A stretch of 63,487 bases of DNA, the filler included, from Lenisia limosa (lineage: Eukaryota; Protista; Breviatea): assembly GCA_001655205.1 (NCBI GenBank). It is 5 parts of 5 records of this genome, joined end to end, with 100 filler letters (N's around TTAATTAATTAA, not from the genome) between each part and the next. Parts side by side here need not be neighbours in the genome. Positions count along the whole stretch, not along the records: positions 36,386 to 61,691 come from LPNZ01006379.1; positions 61,792 to 63,487 come from LPNZ01004577.1; 3 more parts are not named here. One strand, 5' to 3'. Positions 55,007 to 63,487 of this stretch are shown piece by piece. How positions within the stretch are numbered: the stretch's first letter is position 1; every line of letters begins with the position of its first letter. Under the pieces are notes generated by a model. The model searched no databases. It saw only the letters and a list, made by a program, of their open reading frames with translations, and was not told where the DNA came from. A program made the position numbers and the translations under genes.

Positions 55007-56956
55007 ATGAGAACAGTAAAGCTTCTTTTGCTTCTTTCTCTATTGCTCCTGCAGCAAAATGGCGTTGTCTTTGTCAATGGAGGAGGGGCGGTGTCGGTTG
55101 GCGTCAACTCCGATGTAAGCGGCAAGGGGATCATCCAGATGTGTCTTAAATTGGCCTCAGCTCGCATTTACTCTTTTATCTTTAAGGGTTCTTATTTTTA
55201 TTAGGTTACCATTGAAGATCTCAAGGTTGGATGAAGGAAGAGCAGGTGATGGCTTTGTTAATAACATCATTATTTTTCTAATCAAGTCAGGTCTCCAATA
55301 CTCTCCAAGTACAGGACCAAAATGTGATGGTATTGGGTGTGGACACAATTCAAAATGGGTTTTGTAGAGAATATATCTTCACATATACAAAGCATTTGAA
55401 TAATGGGAGTTATTCGCAATCGTCTCATTTTGTAAAGTCTGTTCATAATCACGATTTCACTGCTTCTTCTTTTTCTCCAGCTAACAGCATTATATTTAAC
55501 TATAAAGGCACTTGTGAATGCACAGGCTGCACTAATCCAGGAGCAAGCAGACCAGATCATCGCTCTTAATGTTTGGGTTTTTGATTGACGATGAAAATCG
55601 TAGAAGGATTGTTATTGTTATTAGCTATGATTATTATTATTGATGGTGTATTCAAAAACCTATATGCACAGAGTTGTAAGGCAAATGGTTGGTGAATTCA
55701 TATATCTCTTATAAGCGTGATGGTNNNNNNNNNNNNNNNNNNNNNNNNNNNNNNNNNNNNNNNNNNNNNNNNNTTTCTGATTTCAAAACCTGCCTTCAAT
55801 TAGTGTCCCATTTATCTGTTCATTTTGAACATTGGGGTAATATCAAGTTTTAATGTACACATAGAACTCGGTCGCTGCCCTTCAAACTGACATGGAAATT
55901 GTTATGATGGATAAGGTGAGAGGCGTGTGATTAGGAGTACTGTACAATAACCATGTGTTTGCTACGGTATGTCTCAGCGATGATATGTCAAATCACTTTT
56001 CTATTATTTGGCTTTATCTACTTATCTCAATTTGCTCACGTCTTTAGCTGTGTACTGGTTCCAACAGACAGTGAGCTGGGGTAATTTGGGTCTTTCTGAT
56101 AAAGTAGCAACAATTCATGATAGCTTGATATATTCTCTTCTTATTAGTTTCTTTACACCTTGTTAAGAATATCCTCTCGTGGTACATGCTATGTGTTCTA
56201 CTCTGCAAGCGTTGTTTGGACTGCAGCGCGAAGTGCTTGTGTTGCTCTGAATGTGGGGTGGGGGTGTTTAGTGGTTGAACTTGCTGAGGCTGTGGAAGGT
56301 CCAATTATTTTGCTCATATTCCCATTTAGTCTGACCTGGGGTTCCCATACACAATGGATGACTTCAACTTTTTCAAGACAAAGTGTCCGACAGGAACCCA
56401 GTGTAATATTGGAATGTGGGAAACTGGTGTAGGTGGGGGATTTCCAATCTGACTCCAAGAACGTGTTTCGAATATGTTGTTTTCATTTTCTAGAAAATCT
56501 GGACAACATTAGCTGGGGAACAGGTTTACAATGAAAACACTTCAACCTTCTACCCAAGTTTTTCAGGGTATAGGTAAGTCGATACTTTTCAAATAGATTA
56601 ATTAATGGTGTATGTGGTGTGATGGGGTTATCCATTGATCTTTTTGGGCAATATCAAAAGTGATCTAGCCAGGTACTCCATTTTATTTCTCATTTCATTA
56701 CAAGAAGAAGCAGTCAGAGTTTCTGACAATACCATGACATAACCCTGCCAGTTGGTATCCTGGGCAACCTGGTGACCCCGATCAGCATTATGGCTCATTC
56801 TATGGCGGTCTTAATGATATGGACAATGTTCAAACCCAGTAGGCTGTGGAGGAACTTGCTGAATGTGGAATAATGTCTTGGTGAGTGTACAAATTCACTC
56901 CATTCAGCAACTACATCTGTGAAATGGATGCTGAGGCACTCAAGAATCTGGCCTAG
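55007..56956 (+). CDS. Secreted C-type lectin with N-terminal stalk and coiled-coil neck
   Basis: Spliced MRTVKLLLLLSLLLLQQ...VNSDVTIEDLKVSNTLQVQDQNVMLTALYLTIKALVNAQAALIQEQADQIIALN..NSVAALQTDMEIVMMDKLCTGSNRQISSRGTCYVFYSASVVWTAARSACVALNSDLGFPYTMDDFNFF...CNIGMW...WYPGQPGDPDQHYGSFYGGLNDMDNVQTHNYICEMDAEALKNLA-TAG. The CY, W..AR..C, IG, W..GQP, ND and YICE motifs fit a C-type lectin domain. Confidence 0.8.
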
Positions 56957-57047
56957 GTTTTGATTGTTTTATATCGTATCATATAATATGTATCATGCAT
57001 GTATTTTGTTGTTTTTGAAAACAAGGGGTATTAAATTACGCTCCTCG

Positions 57048-57079
<32 letters not shown>

Positions 57080-57299
57080 ACAATGTTATCAATCAAAAAA
57101 GCAAGCTTGGGAGCTAATTGAAGAAGTTACTTGATCCAAATCTGAACGATAAGTTATGAGTTGTTTCAGGCAAAAGCGAAATCATCGAATGCAATACAAT
57201 GTAGCGTTAATATGGTTAATATTATCGATAATGATGCAACATCATCTGATACATAATAATATTACATGATACGATATGTCTTTTCGAAGAGAGCAAGTG

Positions 57300-59570
57300 C
57301 GTCGAGACAACACCTTGGCTTGCACAGACCTGGAATACGTAGCTGCTTGATGACGAGCCAGAACCGTTACACCCGACAAAAAACGCCGTGCTTACCCCAA
57401 AAGAGGCTCTGTATCTGTTAATAAATTCAAAGTCTCAACACATTTATTGGGCAAACATTTTTTTTACGTAAAACCATCTCTCGAACTGGATTGAAAACTA
57501 TCTGGCATCGTTGAGGTATACTGTTAACAAAGACCCCTCACTTATGGTTATCGAAGGAGCCGCCAAGTCCTGGTCCCGAGCAAAGGGCAAGCCCAGTGAA
57601 CTAGGGTCAAATAATAAATGAATACGGAGATGAAAAATACTCAGTACATCTATGCAGTTATACATATATCAGATAATTATACACGTACTGAAGTAGAAAC
57701 ATTGACACCGCATAAATAATGAGAACTGCGACTGTATGAAGAGGTTCCAATCATTCCTAAATCGGTCAAATAACAGAATGACGAGCAATCCAATCATTAA
57801 GAAAAATTGCTTTCATCTTTTCAAGTCACTAAGGTAATCTTTGTTGCTAGTCCATTTGATACAGGTAACAGCCCCTAATAACCTACCCCATAAATCAGCT
57901 CCATATGTATCTTTTTCACCGGCTGTATAATCGGAGAAACCACCTAAATCGATGAATTAAAGATATCTTTGGTGACATCAATTTCCGACTACAAACAATG
58001 ATAGAAGATATTGTCATTTCTCACCAGGCATGTTGAATTCATGCCACGTGGTCCCGGAGTTTGTCGTACATCTATTCAGTAAGAAAACGTCCCGAGAAAA
58101 GGGACAGAAATGTCATTTCATTCTCAACAAATAGGCCATGATGATGAGAGATAATAGAATGCTCGTGGGTATCACACTTCACCAATGATACCTGAACTTC
58201 AGATCAGCATTAACAGGGAAGTCTGTGAGGGCTCGAATGTTGTTTGCTGTGCTCAGCGAAACAACTGCTGGCATAGTCTACGGGTGGGAGTGAACACATA
58301 AAGCTTGATTCGTGGGCAGATAAGAAAAGAAAAAAGCAAATTGACATGAAAAAAAAATATATTTTCTTGTGGAATCAATAGCACAGTGCCTCCATTTTGT
58401 GACTGCCTGCATACAGAGGTTGTGTAATCACTTGAGGGACTGTAGTGTGATGGAGACTATGTGGTAAGTTTGGTTCCAGAAAGTACATTACTTACGCTCG
58501 AACCTCCAGTGATAGTTCCGACGAGTGCATGACCATTTTCACAGTACACTGGGGGAGGGGGTAAAAGTGGAAAATTCATGAACCCTCCCAATGCCTCTAT
58601 AGGCACCTGTTGTCCTTAATTCAAAAGGTTAGTATTGAAACTACCGCAAATTTTGAGGGTTTCCCACTGTCAAACTTCTCGTGAGAAGTTCCTCTGACTC
58701 AAAAAGGAAAATGGGCTTTTGTGTAAGATAGTGAAATAAGGCCGCCACGCATCAGACAAAAGTTTCTGTCACCCCCACCTTCAATGATCCCTGTGGAGAA
58801 ACGGATAAGGTACACACCACTTCCGCTTTCCGCTTCAGCAGACGCGCAAGATGTGTCTGTGATTGGCCACGATAAGAAGATGGATTCAATTGTTAATAGT
58901 TAGACGTTGATTGATCATTAAATCTACCAATAACCTTCCTAAAAATACGAATATAATAGTATGATTATAAGATATTTAGCTAAGCAGTTGCCTCAGCCTC
59001 CCTACGATAGCAGTTGAAAGGCTGCCACCCCGAGCCACTGACGCAGTAAACTTCTGTGACATTGGGCGAGGCGCATTGTGGCTATTTAGTGAAGAATATC
59101 ATTGATAACTGAATAATCAAAAGTTGTATTTTTTTCTTTTATCTATTTTATAGACAATATATCTTATATCATATATAGCACTAACAACGCTTTCGGCGTG
59201 CCTCCAGAGTACTTATAATATATGAAATGTAGACCAAGCGAAACAAGTAAATGATAATATTCAAAACAAAAAACAAGATTTCTTACAGTGCACATTCGGG
59301 GGTTCATGCTGTCACGAGTACACTCTTTAGGATTGTCATTCGCAACAGGGGTCTCTCGACAGTTCAAAACAAAGTCAATAATATCAGACTTGGCCTCATT
59401 TAGTTGAGACTAATTGGTTACAGGCTTAGCTGTCATATTACATTTTATCACATTGAACCTGTAATTGCAGAAGAAAAACACGCATAATTACCAACCAATG
59501 TAACAGGCTGTGCATCCAAAACAGCTGCATTAAAGTCGCCTGTCAACAAGCCAGAGGAAAGCATCGCCCT
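57300..59570 (-). CDS. Fibrinogen-related/intelectin-like protein (paralogue B; 5' end in gap)
   Basis: Exons PQCASPNVTEVYCVSGSGWQPFNCY, TSCASAEAESGSGVYLIRFSTGIIEVYCENGHALVGTITG, GFSDYTAGEKDTYGADLWGMIGTSSYSRSSHYLC and AFFVGCNGSG..YVFQV align by eye with paralogue A. Confidence 0.55.
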
Positions 59571-59959
59571 GAAAATGACGTGTCATAAAATTGGANNNNN
59601 NNNNNNNNNNNNNNNNNNNNNNNNNNNNNNNNNNNNNNNNNNNNNNNNNNNNNNNNNNNNNNNNNNNNNNNNNNNNNNNNNNNNNNNNNNNNNNNNNNNN
59701 NNNNNNNNNNNNNNCTGTTGTCATGGTTCTGGGAAGAATACAACAGTGTGATTCCCAAATAATTCTTATTCACTTCTTGGGATGGGATTGTGGGAAAATT
59801 ATGGGTGAATGAATTGTAATTGAGGTGTGAGAGTGGTTGTTGTGTGGTTGTGTGGTTGCAAATGAATGTGGTTCTGTTGTGTGTGTGTGGTGGGGGTGTC
59901 CGAGACCGAGACCGCGTTTCCTTGGTTTTCGGGCGTTTCGGGTTGTCTTTATCTTTTTT

Positions 59960-61218
59960 TTTTGCTTTTTACCAGGCTGTAGCCGGTTTTACTTGTATTC
60001 TCAGAAGTAGGTAAGCATTGTTGCAAGGATAAAGCCAAATGAAAGAGATAGGAAGGGCTCTTCTGCTTCTTCTGTGGTTGCCAGTATCATTGTAGGGGGG
60101 TCTTTTATTGTGATTGGCCGATGGNNNNNNNNNNNNNNNNNNNNNNNNNNNNNNNNNNNNNNNNNNNNNNNNNNNNNNNNNNNNNNNNNNNNNNNNNNNN
60201 NNNNNNNNNNNNNNNNNNNNNNNNNNNNNNNNNNNNNNNNNNNNNNNNNNNNNNNNNNNNNNNNNNNNNNNNNNNNNNNNNNNNNNNNNNNNNNNNNTCT
60301 CATCTTGTAGCTCTTTTGTTCTGAACTCAGCAGGGTTTCTATCACTGGATGAAGTAGTGTGAGTGGTTGCTGAGAACGATTGTATCTTCATCTCATTATT
60401 GTGTGTCGCTTTGAAATACATGATATGCAATGGTATAAATAATATAAAGAACAGAAAATAGTAATTATTTACAGTGGAATATTTCTTAATTCATACCGAT
60501 TGTGTTACCTCCAGTGATGGTTTAGCCTCAATTTCGATGCCACCCTTCCCAAGCATGCTGTAAATAAGGTGGTGGGGCTATTTGGCGGACCTGTGGAGCG
60601 ATACTTGATTTCACCTTCAGTTTCCACCTTTTTCTCTTGCGTTTAGATTCTGTAGAGCTTTACCAATCGAGATAAATGCCCCTTTACAATCCAGAAAGTA
60701 TTAGATGCATCTGTCAACTCTGCTGTTGAGGTGAGTGGACTTACGCTTTGGAATGAGGAGGCTTGTACTGATAATTGGCTTGTGTTATTCATGTTCAAGG
60801 AGATGACGAACACCATCAGAAGTCTGAAGGTAAGATACAGAGTCATGTTATCTGCTCAAAGTAGCATTTCCTATTTACTTCTCAGAACGATCTCTTCGAT
60901 GTTTTGGTATGGTAATGTCAGTGTTGGCCTCATCATCATCCAATCACTTACTTTTTTAGCCCAGAACAATATCAATCCACGCGGCCGTCAAGGTATTTGG
61001 GTCTCTTCTGACCTCAATAAATGAAACATAGTCTACATATGGCTGATTAAAATGATTCAAAAAAAGTATATAAAGTATAAAAGGTGGACACATAGCTGAG
61101 GGACAGAATAGCGTATTTCCATCGTTGATATACAGACTCCTTCAAACCACGAAGCTACAGCCGCCTTCCCTGCTGTAGAAACTGGCTTCACCCGGTACAT
61201 CTTCACTTCTTCATTGGT
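59960..61218 (+). CDS. Hypothetical multi-exon gene (limits uncertain)
   Basis: Plus-strand GT-AG exons: LNFDATLPKHAVNK, SFTNRDKCPFTIQKVLDASVNSAVE, EMTNTIRSLK, NDLFDVL and PRTISIHAAVK. Confidence 0.35.
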
Positions 61219-61691
61219 AAGCTGGGTCATGCGCTCTGAATTGACATTTTAACGCCATTTTCTGTTAATGGCTAAGTACTATCATTTCATTGATGGCAAT
61301 GACGGTTTAGACGGATAACATCAACCCAGCCCTCGCCTCCATTGTGGACATTACGTCTACATCTGCCACGTCATTAGTTCAGCGATATCCAGAGGTTCTT
61401 TGGGCTTTGCATTTCACCTCGATTTTTCACCCAGGGCTTCCTTTTTCGCAAATTCAACTACATGTAACTCTTTTTGGGTTGAAGACTTTGTTTTTCAATT
61501 CCCACAATCCCTAACCCCAATAGGGAAACTACAACGCCTCCTATGTATCTATTGTTGCATTGGACGTTAACGAGCTGCAAACAAACGATAAATTCCTTGT
61601 TTGTGCGGGGTATTATTTGGAAATGTTGAAATATGTACGCGCGTAAACACTATAATATAGTATGTACTATGATACATATTAATTGTTACTA

Positions 61692-61791
61692 NNNNNNNNN
61701 NNNNNNNNNNNNNNNNNNNNNNNNNNNNNNNNNNNTTAATTAATTAANNNNNNNNNNNNNNNNNNNNNNNNNNNNNNNNNNNNNNNNNNNN
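61692..61791. other. Artificial scaffold linker
   Basis: N-TTAATTAATTAA-N, 100 nt. Confidence 0.95.
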
Positions 61792-61798
61792 GGGTGAT

Positions 61799-61990
61799 AT
61801 GAAGTCTTGACCGATTTTCCTCAGGAAATCGCATAGCAAATCGGTTAGGACTTATCCCGGCCACTGTATATCCATCACAAATCGGTCAAGATTTATCCAC
61901 AAATCGGTCAAGACTTATCCGGCCACTGTATATCACATAGCAAATCGGTCAAGCAAGCTATATCACATAGCAAATCGGTCGACACTTATC
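61799..61990. mobile_element. Tandem stack of right-hand TIRs of the CAGTG MITE family
   Basis: AAATCGGTCAAGACTTATCC(C)GGCCACTG|TA occurs three times, plus partial units. It is the same TIR as 7917-7994. Confidence 0.75.
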
Positions 61991-62100
61991 CCAGCCACTG
62001 TATGATATATAATTGTAACGGAAGCGGCTTATTTGTAGTTTGTGAAGCATCAATTACGAGCTCCCCCTCCCCTTCTTATTATCTAATACTAATATTATTA

Positions 62101-62199
62101 GGGATTCCCAACGTTCCCAAAAAAAAAGACTGAATTTCTCAATAAATCCTCGATAAATATCGATATTTGACCGGTCTTTTTCGGACCGTAGGGAAGCTC
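62101..62199. mobile_element. MITE family 1 copy upstream of an MSH2 exon (presumed intron)
   Basis: TA|GGGATTCCCAACGTTCCCAAAAAAAAAGAC...GGTCTTTTTCGGACCGTAGGGAAGCTC|TA. Confidence 0.7.
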
Positions 62200-62304
62200 T
62201 ACTTGTACTATTATAATATCATCCTCACACAAGCCCCTCTATATTCCACCACCTTAACCTTATTATTATTTCCATTTATAACCGCCCTTTTTCTGACATT
62301 TCAG

Positions 62305-63189
62305 GTTCAAGCTCTTGTTGAAGATCTCGTGGTTCGCCAAACGATGCATAAGCAGCACCTGAGGAAGCTTCCCGATCTCGACAGGTTTGTTTGCAAGATA
62401 TACCATAACGCCCGATCTGGTCAGGTTTATTTGCAAGATATATAAGGCTTCACTTCGGTTCAAAAAAAAACTGATTTTCGAAAATTATCGAGAATTTACC
62501 AGTATTTTTCGAACCGAAGTTTCCGGGCGGCCTGTTGACAGATTCATGAATGTTAATACGTTTGTTACTTCATGGATTCATGGATTTTAATCGTTTATGA
62601 GATCTTGTTTCATGGATATTACACCTTCCTTCCTTCCTTCTGTCTTCCAACTTCTTCCAAATTCTTCCAAATTCTTCCAACTTGCTCCTACTTTTCCAAC
62701 TTCTTCCAACTTTTTTCACTCAACTACTTCCCCCATTCCTCGTCTCCCCTGTACTTCCCCTTCTTATTTATTCCTTCTTCATTCAAGTAGCTATTTTGAC
62801 CCTTCAGGCTCGCCAAAAAGTTCCAAATGCACAAGGCAAACCTGCAGGTTTGTTATACCAGCATTTCTCCAGTTTCTACATTAAGTGACCGCGAGAAGCC
62901 CTGACAAGATTGACTAATGAAAAAGCTCATTATCCGTGTCAGATCTTGTTGCGGTCAGTATATGTGATACATACATACCATGGATGACATTGTGAATTTT
63001 GTCCCCAAGAAATTCAGTCAGTTTGATGAGGGAAGTGAACCGCTAATCATCATGTTGTTAACCCTGACGTTGTCAGTTAAGGATGTTATTTACCTCAATT
63101 TAGGCTGCTGTTTACCTCAATTTAGGATGTTGTCCGGCTCTATCAGGCTGTATCCAACATTGGCGATATCTGCGGTGCAATGGAGGGTG
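62305..63189 (+). CDS. MSH2: DNA mismatch repair protein MSH2, internal fragment (three exons)
   Basis: Exons 62305-62384, 62808-62847 and 63126-63189 splice in frame to VQALVEDLVVRQTMHKQHLRKLPDLDRLAKKFQMHKANLQDVVRLYQAVSNIGDICGAMEG, matching the MSH2 'PDL.RLAKKFQ..ANLQD..RLYQ' motif. Confidence 0.85.
62445..62524. mobile_element. MITE family 1 copy in an MSH2 intron
   Basis: AGGCTTCACTTCGGTTCAAAAAAAAAC ... TTTTTCGAACCGAAGTTTCC. Confidence 0.7.
62636..62715. repeat. ~10-bp CTTCCAA(A/C)TT degenerate tandem repeat in an MSH2 intron
   Basis: CTTCCAACTTCTTCCAAATTCTTCCAAATTCTTCCAACTT... Confidence 0.75.
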
Positions 63190-63487
63190 NNNNNNNNNNN
63201 NNNNNNNNNNNNNNNNNNNNNNNNNNNNNNNNNNNNNNNNNNNNNNNNNNNNNNNNNNNNNNNNNNNNNNNNNNNNNNNNNNNNNNNNNNNNNNNNCGAA
63301 GGGTTGCTTGCAGCTTAAGCGATTATGATGATCAATCTAGCGATTATGATGATTAATCTTGGGATTTTGATTATCAAAGGGCTGTATAGATCTAAAGATT
63401 ATGATGAGCAAAAGAACTGGGGCTTTTTTTGTTTCATAAATTTTCCAATTTTTCCTGGAGTGATGGGATGTAGTGCTGCAGAAGCGA

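Noticed and set aside
60643-61240. Minus-strand MIR/SDF2-like or EF-hand-like gene
   Set aside because: Only short chance-like motifs were present. Consistent GT-AG exons are on the plus strand.

Overview
This is intron-rich eukaryotic nuclear DNA (GT-AG introns, mostly ~50-500 nt, AT-rich), so the ORF track is mostly exon fragments and noise. Four 100-nt N-TTAATTAATTAA-N linkers (18719-18818, 21068-21167, 36286-36385, 61692-61791) show that five separate scaffolds were concatenated, so adjacency across them carries no biological meaning. By splicing exons by hand I recognise these housekeeping genes: transketolase (5' part), cyclin C (5' part), inositol-tetrakisphosphate 1-kinase ITPK1, NatB catalytic subunit NAA20, an ABCC transporter 3' end, WDR83/MORG1 and an MSH2 fragment. 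The 36.4-61.7 kb scaffold carries four lectin-like genes: an H-type-lectin-like protein, two fibrinogen/intelectin-like paralogues and a C-type lectin. The three whose 5' ends are visible start with a signal peptide and a similar stalk but end in different recognition domains. A GLUG-like repeat surface-protein gene lies at ~27.8-31.8 kb. The rest contains four TA-flanked MITE families, a tRNA-like dispersed repeat, tandem duplications that repeatedly start at splice sites, and several kb of intron-retaining pseudogenes with many premature stops. I found no rRNA, intact tRNA or CRISPR array. Family assignments come from motif recall, not database searches, and some exon limits are approximate.
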